Of a DNA stretch of 64,000 bases, positions 19,461 through 27,584 are shown in pieces (position 1 is the stretch's first letter; every line of letters starts with the position of its first letter). The position numbers and the translations under genes were made by a program. Origin of the DNA: a virus (taxonomy: Duplodnaviria; Caudoviricetes); IMG/VR virus record IMGVR_UViG_3300037258_000283, positions 2,046-66,045 of that record; one strand, 5' to 3'. The notes beneath the pieces are model-generated. The model searched no databases. It was not told the DNA's origin and saw only the letters and a list, made by a program, of their open reading frames with translations.

Positions 19461-19547
19461 CTGTCAGAAGCTGTGACAGCCGCCCGACAGCGGCTGACAA
19501 CAGTGGTCACAACAGGACTGACAACAGCTCCTGTCGGGCCTCTGACC
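19461..19547 (+). repeat. (T/C)GACA(AC)AG repeats downstream of traB (second candidate clt)
   Basis: tgacagc, cgacagc, tgacaacag, tcacaacag, tgacaacag, flanked by inverted ctgtca/ctgtcg. Confidence 0.55.
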
Positions 19548-19619
19548 TTAAGTACTCATCAGAACTGTCCGTGCCTGACGTCAGCCGGGCGTCAGCTCCA
19601 CCGGAAAGGACCCGCAACC

Positions 19620-19856
19620 ATGATCCGAACTGTGGTGGCCACCGTGCACGTGGCCATGATCGCTGCTCTCCTGCTCATCCTCGGTGCCGCCATGAGCCCG
19701 TCCGCGCGCGGCGTGGGAATCCTCGGGTACGCCGTCATGGCGCTGTGCGCCGTGCTGGCCGACGTCATGATCACCTGGCCGCTGGCCGGCGGCACCCGCG
19801 CCGCCGTCCGGGTGCCGCTGAAGCTGGCCGTGCGCCGGCTCCGGAGGCGGAAGTGA
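19620..19856 (+). CDS. small membrane protein (Spd-like)
   Basis: Two hydrophobic helices, basic tail, GAAAGGA RBS. Confidence 0.65.
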   Translation: MIRTVVATVHVAMIAALLLILGAAMSPSARGVGILGYAVMALCAVLADVMITWPLAGGTRAAVRVPLKLAVRRLRRRK

Positions 19857-19963
19857 GCCGCCGGTGGGGGCAGCGCCATCCCACCCGCTGGCCGCTGCTC
19901 ATCTGGTCGGTGGGCGGCACGCTGATCGCGCTGGCGCAGATATGGATGTGGACCCGTGGCTGA
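19853..19963 (+). CDS. small membrane protein
   Basis: GTGA coupling; one TM helix. Confidence 0.45.
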   Translation: MSRRWGQRHPTRWPLLIWSVGGTLIALAQIWMWTRG

Positions 19964-20402
19964 CCGCGAACCCCTGCACGGGGTGATAGTCCGCGCGGCG
20001 GACCGGCCGCTCGAGCGTTTCGGTACCGACGGCTGGCCGGTCGGGCGGCCGATGGTCGTGGAGGTGCACCACTACCATCCCCCGGAGCCGGTGGCCGCCT
20101 CCCCTCCCGCGCGCGAGGATGAGGGGTGGGACCTGCTCCGGCGGCTGACTCCGTACTTCGTGATCGCGCTGCTGGCGATCGTGTTCCTGGGCAGCCTGGC
20201 GGGGGTGCTGCTGATACTGATCCCGCCGTTCATGGCGCTGGTGGCGACGCTGATGGCGTCGCTGGTGACCATCGCGGCCTGTGCCGTGGCGCTGGTCGTG
20301 GCGCTGGTCCTGTTCAGCGCCGTGATCGGCCGGATGCTGCACACCGGCCGCCGTGACCGGACGCTGGAGAAGCTGGCCGCGAACCAGGCCCCGCGCCCGT
20401 AG
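19956..20402 (+). CDS. membrane protein (Spd-like)
   Basis: VVEVHHYHPP motif followed by a ~60-aa hydrophobic stretch. Confidence 0.65.
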   Translation: MADREPLHGVIVRAADRPLERFGTDGWPVGRPMVVEVHHYHPPEPVAASPPAREDEGWDLLRRLTPYFVIALLAIVFLGSLAGVLLILIPPFMALVATLMASLVTIAACAVALVVALVLFSAVIGRMLHTGRRDRTLEKLAANQAPRP

Positions 20403-20410
20403 GAAGTCTC

Positions 20411-20443
20411 CGGCCCCGCATCCGTCCCCCGGGTGCGGGGCCG
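20411..20443 (+). terminator. GC-rich hairpin, probable terminator
   Basis: CGGCCCCGCATCCG...CGGGTGCGGGGCCG just after the stop; no U-tract. Confidence 0.55.
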
Positions 20444-20503
20444 CTGCATGTCCGCAGGTCGGAGCGGCGGGGGACCGGTCGCAAGAATCTTGCCGGAACC
20501 CCC

Positions 20504-20532
20504 TTGACGGGGGGCAGGAGAGGTGACATATT
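20504..20532 (+). promoter_or_regulatory. sigma70/HrdB-like promoter
   Basis: TTGACG-17 nt-CATATT with extended TG. Confidence 0.55.
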
Positions 20533-20539
20533 CGTATCA

Positions 20540-20760
20540 GCAAGGACGAACGAAGCACAACAACTGAACAAGGTGCCGGTGCCAGACCACCGGACATCCC
20601 AGAGATAAGGCCCCCGGAAAGGCTAAGGCTGGGAGGGACGGGAGAAGCCAGCGAACCTGGTCGGCGTCCACGAGTGAACAAGCCCCGCATACGTGATCAC
20701 GACGTACGCAGCGAACGCAACGCGGGGCACGCGAGAACGACCATCGCCCGAGTGAGGGAG
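20540..20760 (+). ncRNA. candidate structured leader or ncRNA
   Basis: A-rich 5' part then nested stems (ccggt/accgg, tcccag/ctggga, ccag/ctgg, gccccgc/gcggggc). Confidence 0.35.
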
Positions 20761-20766
20761 CACCCC

Positions 20767-21189
20767 ATGAAGCAGGACGCAGGACCGGCGTTGGAGGCCA
20801 AGGCGCGCAAGGGCGACTTGATCCTGATCGAGACCGTGACGCGCAACTCCTACTCGGTAGCAGCCCGTATGGAGGCGAAGGCCGCCGGACGGGAACTGTC
20901 CCAGGAGGACACCACGTACACCTTCGGCGTGGTCGCCTCAGCGACCCGTGAGGGGTACGTCAAGTCCTGGTCATCCGTCGGGTACGGGGACGAACTAGTC
21001 AGCACGTACGCCATGCCGATCGGAACGAAGGAGCGGCGCTGGGTGGTGGGCCAGAAGGACATAGACGTTCCCGCAGCCATGAAGGCCGCGAAAGCGCACC
21101 ACTGGGACGGTCACCCGGGGCAGCCCCAGCCGTTCGATTCCCTCAAAGAGGCGACTGATACTGTCCGCCCGTTCCGGATCACCCACTGA
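20767..21189 (+). CDS. hypothetical protein
   Basis: ATG with GAGGGAG RBS; KARKGDLILIE... Confidence 0.7.
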   Translation: MKQDAGPALEAKARKGDLILIETVTRNSYSVAARMEAKAAGRELSQEDTTYTFGVVASATREGYVKSWSSVGYGDELVSTYAMPIGTKERRWVVGQKDIDVPAAMKAAKAHHWDGHPGQPQPFDSLKEATDTVRPFRITH

Positions 21190-21309
21190 CCCACCAGCCC
21201 GGCCGGAGTTCACCGCTCCGACCGGGCACTGCGACCGCAGCAGGCGCACCCCGTAGTCAACCGGCCCGGCCTGCTGCGGTCGTCACCACCGACCCAGGAA
21301 AGAGGAATC

Positions 21310-21474
21310 ATGATGACCACGGTCCGGACCGCGAAGCGCTACAAGGTCCGCTTCGACCCGTTCACGGACGCCCCCGGCGTCATCGACCTGCGGACCGGCC
21401 GCTTTGTCCGGCACTCGGGGGACGACCGCCGGGTGCGGCAGCTCCGCGCCCGGCTGGAGAGGACTGGCCGATGA
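21310..21474 (+). CDS. small basic hypothetical protein
   Basis: Manual ORF following AGGAAAGAGGAATC. Confidence 0.6.
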   Translation: MMTTVRTAKRYKVRFDPFTDAPGVIDLRTGRFVRHSGDDRRVRQLRARLERTGR

Positions 21475-21635
21475 TCTCCGTTGCCGTCATGATCGGGATC
21501 GCCGTGGCCTGCGGGCTGCGGTTCCTGTACCTGGTCTGGCTCAAGCGCCGGACCGCAGACGTCCTGTGGACTACCGCCACGGGCATCGGAGCCGTGCTGC
21601 TGGCGCTCCGCTTCCTGCACGAGATGCACCGCTGA
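21471..21635 (+). CDS. small membrane protein
   Basis: Manual ORF MISVAVMIGIAVACG...; two TM helices. Confidence 0.55.
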   Translation: MISVAVMIGIAVACGLRFLYLVWLKRRTADVLWTTATGIGAVLLALRFLHEMHR

Positions 21636-21672
21636 TCCAGGAACCGCACCACCGGCCCAGGAACGAGGAACC

Positions 21673-21909
21673 GTGTCCGTGTACCCGTACACCGTGATCA
21701 AGAACGTGGCCACGCTGCCGTCCGCTCCCGTCTTCGGGGAGCTGGCCGACCACCTGGGCGACTGCCCGCAGTGCTACGGCGCGTCCGGTCCGCAGCACGC
21801 GGACCCGGGCAGCGACGACACAGCCGGGCTGTGCCCCGACGGCGCGGCCGTCGTGACCGCGTTCCGCTGGGACGTGGCCGCCATGGCACAGACGGCCGCC
21901 TGGAACTGA
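21673..21909 (+). CDS. Cys/His hypothetical protein (paralog of 26771-27001)
   Basis: DHLxxCPxC...LCxxG...WN. Confidence 0.65.
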   Translation: MSVYPYTVIKNVATLPSAPVFGELADHLGDCPQCYGASGPQHADPGSDDTAGLCPDGAAVVTAFRWDVAAMAQTAAWN

Positions 21910-21912
21910 GCG

Positions 21913-21966
21913 CAGCATGGCGGAGCGCGGGTACCTCCCGCGCTCCGGCCACGGGTGCTCAGCCCG
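21913..21966 (+). ncRNA. 54-nt structured intergenic element, copy 1
   Basis: Flanks identical to 27585-27638; central hairpin differs in sequence. Confidence 0.6.
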
Positions 21967-21988
21967 ATCACTGATCGAGAGGAACGAC

Positions 21989-22264
21989 ATGACTGAGCCC
22001 GCTACCACCCCCGTCAGTATCCCCGACGCCAAGCAGCGCATCGCGTTCACCGGCGACGGCCGGCACTGGCACGGCACCGTCACCCGCCACACGACACGCC
22101 CCGACGGCAGCCCCCGCCTCCACGTAGACGTGGACCCCGGCAGCAGCGGCATCAGCTCCGTGGCGTACCGGCTCGGCGATCACTTCCGCCTCACCCGTCA
22201 GGGCGAGATCTGCCCCGACTGCGGCGAGCCCGACCGTGGCCTGCCGATGTACAGCCGCCCCTGA
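21989..22264 (+). CDS. hypothetical protein
   Basis: GAGG RBS; C-terminal CPDCG. Confidence 0.6.
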   Translation: MTEPATTPVSIPDAKQRIAFTGDGRHWHGTVTRHTTRPDGSPRLHVDVDPGSSGISSVAYRLGDHFRLTRQGEICPDCGEPDRGLPMYSRP

Positions 22265-22297
22265 CCCCGCACTACCCCGACCCAGGAAAGAGGAATC

Positions 22298-22534
22298 ATG
22301 GACCTGACCAAGCTCATGCACACCGCCGCCTTTGACGAGTCCAGCGACATCGGATTTGAGGACATCCGGACGTGGGCGGCGCACGACAGCGGGGGCGGCC
22401 TGCCGGACGTCGCTGCCCTACCGTTCGCCGCGTGGCTGGACGCCGTCTGGAGCGACTACGACGACGGTGAGGGTACGCAGACCAATGACGACGTCCTGAA
22501 GGGCGCTCTGGCGTACTGGACGGGGTCGGCGTGA
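22298..22534 (+). CDS. acidic hypothetical protein
   Basis: Follows AGGAAAGAGGAATC. Confidence 0.65.
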   Translation: MDLTKLMHTAAFDESSDIGFEDIRTWAAHDSGGGLPDVAALPFAAWLDAVWSDYDDGEGTQTNDDVLKGALAYWTGSA

Positions 22535-22716
22535 GCGGCGCTCCGGAAGATCTCATGTGCCGTACCTGCCGGGACATCCTGCGCTGGTACGGCCACGGCG
22601 GTGTCGGCTATCTGCACGTCCATGTGGGTGGTCCGTCCCGGGGGAAGTTCTTCATGACAGACCACCCGGTCCCTGAGGACCAACGCCACAACCCGAGAAA
22701 GGACCACCGACAATGA
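22531..22716 (+). CDS. hypothetical protein
   Basis: CRTC; GTGA coupling. Confidence 0.5.
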   Translation: MSGAPEDLMCRTCRDILRWYGHGGVGYLHVHVGGPSRGKFFMTDHPVPEDQRHNPRKDHRQ

Positions 22717-22943
22717 GTGTCCCGAAGCGTCGCAAGGACTACGCGAGCAACGCCCGCAAGCGTCCGGCCAAGCAGTCCGGGTGCACCTGGTGCGGGGCGG
22801 ACACCGACCACGTGTCGATGTACTGTTCCGACGCCTGTCTCCAGGCCGACATGGAGGGGATCGAGGACCGCCCGCCGGTCACCGTCCTCGCCTTCACCGT
22901 GGCCGGGTGCTCGGATGAGTACCTGGCCCGGAAGTGGAGCTGA
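22713..22943 (+). CDS. Zn-finger-like hypothetical protein
   Basis: CTWCG...YCSDAC. Confidence 0.6.
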   Translation: MSVPKRRKDYASNARKRPAKQSGCTWCGADTDHVSMYCSDACLQADMEGIEDRPPVTVLAFTVAGCSDEYLARKWS

Positions 22944-23006
22944 CCCCCGAGCACGCGTGGCGTACCTGCGGGCACTGCTGCCGACCCAGGAGAGAGGAAG
23001 GATGAC

Positions 23007-23279
23007 ATGACCCCGGAAGCGCAACTGCTGGTCGATGCGTCCCCGGACGTGCCCACGTCGCTGAACGCCTGCCCTGCCGACTACGCGTGGACCGATGCGC
23101 CGGTGGCCAAGCGGCTGCGGGCACTGACGGACGCGGACCTGGAGGCGGCCCGCCGGCGGGTCCTGGACCACGGCGGGGACGTGCCCCGCGAGTACGGTGC
23201 CCGGGTCTACCGCTACGCGCACCTGGTCGTGAAGGAAGGGCTCCGCCGGGACGGGGAGCGTGCCCGGAACGGCCGCTGA
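23007..23279 (+). CDS. hypothetical protein
   Basis: Purine-rich RBS upstream. Confidence 0.6.
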   Translation: MTPEAQLLVDASPDVPTSLNACPADYAWTDAPVAKRLRALTDADLEAARRRVLDHGGDVPREYGARVYRYAHLVVKEGLRRDGERARNGR

Positions 23280-23353
23280 GTACGGCCCATCCGGACCCGC
23301 TACGTGGCGGGTTCACGTACGCACGATCCGAGGACTGTCGAAAGGAAGACGCT

Positions 23354-23548
23354 ATGGCTATGCGGGACCACATCAGTGCCGAGGGCACCGTCACCCACAG
23401 GACGATCACCGAGACCGCCAAGGAACAGATCACCATCGCACGGGACGGTCAGCGCGAGGCGCTGGCCCGGGGTGACTCCTACACGGCGGACCTTCTCGGT
23501 GAGGCCGTCGACATGAACCTTGACCGGCTCAGCGCGCACCAGGAGTAG
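23354..23548 (+). CDS. hypothetical protein
   Basis: MAMRDHISAEG...; AAAGGA RBS. Confidence 0.55.
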   Translation: MAMRDHISAEGTVTHRTITETAKEQITIARDGQREALARGDSYTADLLGEAVDMNLDRLSAHQE

Positions 23549-23581
23549 TGGCCAGTACGGCCCCGGGCGACCGGGGCACCT

Positions 23582-23651
23582 TCCCACACCTGTTGGAGGA
23601 CAGCCGGCGTCCATGGCGCCGGCCGACCGGGTCCGACCCCCGGAGCGGGAG
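23582..23651 (+). pseudogene. highly degenerate tRNA-like element (CAT anticodon)
   Basis: D-arm CTGT/ACAG; anticodon arm CGGCG-TCCATGG-CGCCG; T-arm CCGGG-TCCGACC-CCCGG; acceptor stem 5/7 paired. Confidence 0.4.
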
Positions 23652-23760
23652 CAGGCGGGAGGTCAGGCGGGCCGCACGTCCCTCTTGGGGACAGGGCATG
23701 CCCTGCTACAGGTATCCGTAGACCGACGCCAGGCGGGGGCAGACGTGCCCCCGCCGACTT

Positions 23761-23833
23761 GCCCCGGCAGCTCATCCGGCAGAGCGCCCGCCCCACACGC
23801 GGGGGGCAGCAGGTTCGATACCTGCCCGGGGTT
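23761..23833 (+). tRNA. tRNA-Val(CAC)-like, atypical (C8, C33, no encoded CCA)
   Basis: Acceptor GCCCCGG/CCGGGGT; D-arm GCTC/GAGC; anticodon arm CCCGC-CCCACAC-GCGGG; T-arm GCAGG-TTCGATA-CCTGC. Confidence 0.72.
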
Positions 23834-23861
23834 CGCAGAACCGACCCAGGAAGGAGTGACC

Positions 23862-24347
23862 ATGCAGTTCCAGACGCCGCCCGACGGCTATGACGAGGTG
23901 TTCACGGTCGGGGACCGCTGGAGGTCCCGGACTGCCAACGTGGCCAACACGACGTACTCCGAGGTGATCGGGGTCCTGTACGACGACAACGGCGACCGGG
24001 ACGCGGACCTGGTCCTGACGGTGAACCGGGGAGCCCGGGACGCCGACATGTACGGCAACGCGGCCTACCGGCCCGGCCGGGTGTACGGCCGCAGACGCTA
24101 TGAGATGTCCCGGAAGTGGGAGCCGAAGCCGTTCCTCCCCTGGGTACGCGGCACGGTCTACCTGGCCAAGGGACGCGGATACGCGTCCGGACCGCTGGGC
24201 CTGCGACTGCTGTGCATTCTCGTTTTCGACAACGGGGACGCTGTCCTGGTCGATACCGGCACCCAGGGATCGGCCACGCTCCCCGCGCGTGACCGGGACG
24301 CGTACAACGAGTCCGGTCCGGTGGGCGACGATCCGTGGGAGGAGTGA
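23862..24347 (+). CDS. hypothetical protein
   Basis: AAGGAG RBS; MQFQTPPDG... Confidence 0.65.
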   Translation: MQFQTPPDGYDEVFTVGDRWRSRTANVANTTYSEVIGVLYDDNGDRDADLVLTVNRGARDADMYGNAAYRPGRVYGRRRYEMSRKWEPKPFLPWVRGTVYLAKGRGYASGPLGLRLLCILVFDNGDAVLVDTGTQGSATLPARDRDAYNESGPVGDDPWEE

Positions 24348-24349
24348 CC

Positions 24350-25033
24350 ATGCCGAGACCCCGACTGCTTGACCTGTGCTGTTGTTCTGGTGCAGTGGCC
24401 GCCGGCTACACCGCCGCCGGGTTCGACGTCACGGGTGTGGACATCGTGGACCGTCCGCGATACCCGTACCGGTTCGTCAGGGCAGACGCGCTGGAATATA
24501 TGGACCGGATCATCGCCTCGGGTGAGGTGGAGCAGTACGCGCTGATCCATTCGTCCCCGCCGTGTCAGGCAGGGTGCACGCTGACCGTGGGCACCAACGT
24601 GTCCAAGGGATGGGGTGGAGAACACATCGACCTGGTACCGCCCATCCGGGACCGCCTGGACCTGTCCGGGGTGCCTTACGTGATCGAGCAGCCGAACGGC
24701 AAGTCGTGGGTCCGCAAGGACGTCACCCTGTGCGGGGAGATGTTCGCGCTGGGTGTCCTGCGGCACCGGAACTTCGAACTGGGGCGCTGGTCCACACCCC
24801 GTCCGGCACATGTCCGGCACCGGGGTTACGTCCGTGGGTGGCGGCACGGGGAGTATCGCGACGGTCCGTATGTCGCGGCCTACGGTGACGGTGGCGGCAA
24901 GGCGACCGTGGAGGAGATGCAGCGGGCCATGGGCATCGACTGGACCGATGTCCGGGAGGAACTGACCGAAGCCGTTCCGCCGGCTTACGGCGAGTGGTTG
25001 GGTCGCGCGTACCTCACCGGCCGGGAGGAGTGA
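24350..25033 (+). CDS. DNA (cytosine-5) methyltransferase-like protein
   Basis: LLDLCCCSG (motif I), GVDI, SPPCQ (catalytic), IEQP (ENV-like), C-terminal EAVPPAY. Confidence 0.82.
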   Translation: MPRPRLLDLCCCSGAVAAGYTAAGFDVTGVDIVDRPRYPYRFVRADALEYMDRIIASGEVEQYALIHSSPPCQAGCTLTVGTNVSKGWGGEHIDLVPPIRDRLDLSGVPYVIEQPNGKSWVRKDVTLCGEMFALGVLRHRNFELGRWSTPRPAHVRHRGYVRGWRHGEYRDGPYVAAYGDGGGKATVEEMQRAMGIDWTDVREELTEAVPPAYGEWLGRAYLTGREE

Positions 25034-25035
25034 CC

Positions 25036-25395
25036 ATGTCCCGCCAGCCGTACACCGGCGCTCCGCTGAGCGACCGGGAGCTGTACGTCCTCCAGCGGGC
25101 CGCGCTCGGGGACACGTACCTCCGGACCGCCCGCCTGCTGTACCTCTCCCCGAGCCAGGTCCAGCACGCGGCACGGCGCGCGATAACCAAGATCGGGGCG
25201 CGGAGCCTGACCCACGCCGTGGTCGTCGCCATCGACTGCGGACTGATCCATCCCGGGGACTGCGGCACTGTCCGCACCTACTACTGGCACCTGCGCCACA
25301 GCCAGGTCCCCGATACGGGGTGCACCGCCGCCTACCTGGACGGTGAGCGCCGTAAGTACCACGACCGCCGCAAGGAGTACGGCGGTCTCCGCTGA
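25036..25395 (+). CDS. LuxR-type HTH protein with C-terminal CGT..Y.WH motif
   Basis: LSDRELYVL...LYLSPSQV...KIGARSLTHAV...GLI. Confidence 0.8.
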   Translation: MSRQPYTGAPLSDRELYVLQRAALGDTYLRTARLLYLSPSQVQHAARRAITKIGARSLTHAVVVAIDCGLIHPGDCGTVRTYYWHLRHSQVPDTGCTAAYLDGERRKYHDRRKEYGGLR

Positions 25396-25429
25396 CGTAC
25401 CGCACCACCGATACAGAAAGGATCTCCGC

Positions 25430-25960
25430 ATGTCCGAGACACGGAAGCAGGTCGTCCCCTACCAGGTACGCGGCAGGGAACTCGACTCGGCCAGCGCGAA
25501 CGCGAACATGGTCTTCGAGCTGGGTCCGCGCTACAAGAGGCCGCACGACGACACCACGGTCATGCGGGTGTTCCACCGCACGATCGACGGGGATGTCTCC
25601 GTGCTGCTGGAGCGGGAGCACATCCCGGTCGTAGCCGCGTGGCTGGCGCGGACCGCGCCGCCCTCGGAGACCGGCGGCCCGCCGGACACCGGCCCGCAGC
25701 CGGACGGCTCGTACCAGGAGCCGACGATCTACTACCGCCAGACGGTCGTCAACGACGGCCTGATGGTGATCCGCGACCTCCAGACCACGGCCACACTGCG
25801 ACGCCACGGCGGCCAGGTGTCCGTGAGCATCGCCTGGAACGGCTCCGGCCGGAGTGTCGGAGTGCGCCTGGACGCCGGGCAGGTGGCCGACACCATCGCC
25901 TGGCTGGAGCACGCCGACGCCTTCGGGTGGGACGGCTGGAAGTCCGGGGTGACGCCGTGA
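25430..25960 (+). CDS. hypothetical protein
   Basis: GAAAGGA RBS; weak internal duplication (V.L......VAAWL / V.L......IAWL). Confidence 0.6.
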   Translation: MSETRKQVVPYQVRGRELDSASANANMVFELGPRYKRPHDDTTVMRVFHRTIDGDVSVLLEREHIPVVAAWLARTAPPSETGGPPDTGPQPDGSYQEPTIYYRQTVVNDGLMVIRDLQTTATLRRHGGQVSVSIAWNGSGRSVGVRLDAGQVADTIAWLEHADAFGWDGWKSGVTP

Positions 25961-26214
25961 TCCCGATGCCGTGGGCCGCACCGGAGCCGGTGCTGGTGGA
26001 GGTCACCGTGCACTGGCACTACCGGGGCACGGAACTGGAACACACCACGCCGGTGTTCCTCACCGACACGGACAACGACCATACCCGCTCCGACGTCCTG
26101 GAGAAGGTGTCCCTGGCTGCCACCGGCGGCACGAGGTACGCCCCGTACATGGAGCTGACCGACGCCGTCCGGGTCTCCGACGGCCGTCCCTGGTACGTGG
26201 GGAGGTTCAGATGA
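25957..26214 (+). CDS. hypothetical protein (tandem paralog A)
   Basis: W...GTE...HTT.V.L...AATG...Y. Confidence 0.6.
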   Translation: MIPMPWAAPEPVLVEVTVHWHYRGTELEHTTPVFLTDTDNDHTRSDVLEKVSLAATGGTRYAPYMELTDAVRVSDGRPWYVGRFR

Positions 26215-26423
26215 TCCGGGTCACCTGGCGCTGGCTGGGCACCGAGTATGACAGTCCTGAGCCGCACACCACGGACGTCCGGCTGGCCGGGCGCGGCTAC
26301 GTCGGCGAGATGGAGGTCCGGGAACTGGTGGCCGTGGCCGCTACCGGCCGCCGGGAGGACGCGCAGTACCTGGCCATCACCGGTGTGGGGCGCACCCCGC
26401 TGGACGAGAGGGACGGACGGTGA
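26211..26423 (+). CDS. hypothetical protein (tandem paralog B)
   Basis: W...GTE...HTT.V.L...AATG...Y; GGAGG RBS. Confidence 0.6.
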   Translation: MIRVTWRWLGTEYDSPEPHTTDVRLAGRGYVGEMEVRELVAVAATGRREDAQYLAITGVGRTPLDERDGR

Positions 26424-26731
26424 TACACACCCTGCTCCACGTGCTGGGCATGGACAACGGGAGCGGACCCTTCTACCTGGCCCTGTCCGGATGGATGGGC
26501 CTGCTGGGCTTCATCGGGGTCATCTGGACGACCCTGCGGAAGTACAACTGCGAGGTGCACGGCTGCCCGCGTATCGGCCGCCACGGCACAGCGGCGGGGC
26601 ACACGGTCTGCCGCAGGCACCATCCGGACGGGGCACCGACGCACGCGCACATCCTGCGCGCGCACCGTGCCGCCGTCCGGGCCAGGGAAAGCGCCACGGA
26701 CGCGGTGCTTCCCACCGACCCGGACGCGTAG
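26420..26731 (+). CDS. membrane protein with Cys/His motif
   Basis: TM helix then NCEVHGCPRIG...VCRRHHP. Confidence 0.7.
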   Translation: MIHTLLHVLGMDNGSGPFYLALSGWMGLLGFIGVIWTTLRKYNCEVHGCPRIGRHGTAAGHTVCRRHHPDGAPTHAHILRAHRAAVRARESATDAVLPTDPDA

Positions 26732-26770
26732 GACAGTTCGTACCAGGAACCCGATCGAGGAAGAGGAACC

Positions 26771-27001
26771 ATGGCGCTGCCCTACGCGCTGGACGGCATG
26801 GTGCCGATCTGGCATGTCCCGGTGATGCCCGCTGCCGCCGCCTACCGGCACGGCAGCGATCACCTGAGGAACTGCCCCCGCTGCGCGTTCACCGTGTCGG
26901 AGGCGCTGGAGGACGCGGAGCTGTGCGGCACCGGCCGCCTGCTCAACGCGCGGCTGAAGGCCGCGTACCGCTCCACCGCCGCTGCCGCCCGGTGGAACTG
27001 A
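26771..27001 (+). CDS. Cys/His hypothetical protein (paralog of 21673-21909)
   Basis: DHLRNCPRC...LCGTG...RWN. Confidence 0.65.
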   Translation: MALPYALDGMVPIWHVPVMPAAAAYRHGSDHLRNCPRCAFTVSEALEDAELCGTGRLLNARLKAAYRSTAAAARWN

Positions 27002-27135
27002 GGATCTGCCCCGCCGCCGGCTCCGGGCAGCCGCCCGGAGCTCGCCGGCACCGTCTCCGGTACACGGAGACCGACTGACCGCCGCGAAGCCCGCAGACGG
27101 GCGTACACGGCCCTGACAGGAACGAGGAACCGATC

Positions 27136-27363
27136 ATGAGTACTCACCGGTGCTGCCCCCACGGCAGCAACGAGATAGCCGCGTACGGCGCGGGCAGTAC
27201 CGACGCCGACCACCGCGCGGACCGCACGGCCCGCGAGTGGGGCGGAGGCGCGCACGTCCACTACGACGCGGGGAGCGACTCCTTCACCGTCGTGGTGGCG
27301 CGCGCCTCCCGGGTCCTGGTGGCCTACGGCGAACCGGCGCACCTTGCCGCCTTCGGGCGGTAG
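27136..27363 (+). CDS. hypothetical protein
   Basis: Follows AGGAACGAGGAACC. Confidence 0.6.
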   Translation: MSTHRCCPHGSNEIAAYGAGSTDADHRADRTAREWGGGAHVHYDAGSDSFTVVVARASRVLVAYGEPAHLAAFGR

Positions 27364-27368
27364 CGCCG

Positions 27369-27581
27369 GTGACCGTGCAGTGGCCGCTGAGGGCGGAGCT
27401 GAACACACCCGGCGGCACGCTCTGCCACGCACCCGGCACCCACGCGGCCCGGGTGCTGCCGGAGGCGGGGACGGCCATCACGGCGTGCGCCGTGGTCGTC
27501 AACACGTTCGACTGGGTTCACGACGACCTGGAGGCGTACCCGGTGACCTGCCGCGCGTGCGCCGGTGCAACGAAGGTCTGA
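27369..27581 (+). CDS. Zn-binding hypothetical protein
   Basis: THA...TAC...VTCRAC. Confidence 0.5.
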   Translation: MTVQWPLRAELNTPGGTLCHAPGTHAARVLPEAGTAITACAVVVNTFDWVHDDLEAYPVTCRACAGATKV

Positions 27582-27584
27582 CCA

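Noticed and set aside
14607-20402. Independent AICE or plasmid inserted in the phage
   Set aside because: No Rep, Int or Xis and no flanking direct repeats seen; the cassette is co-oriented with phage genes. Not fully excluded without comparative data.
21913-21966. Known self-cleaving ribozyme (hammerhead, HDV-like, twister)
   Set aside because: Catalytic core consensus sequences were not found by eye; retained as an unknown structured element.
24350-25033. Restriction-modification system
   Set aside because: No adjacent restriction endonuclease; looks like an orphan phage methylase.
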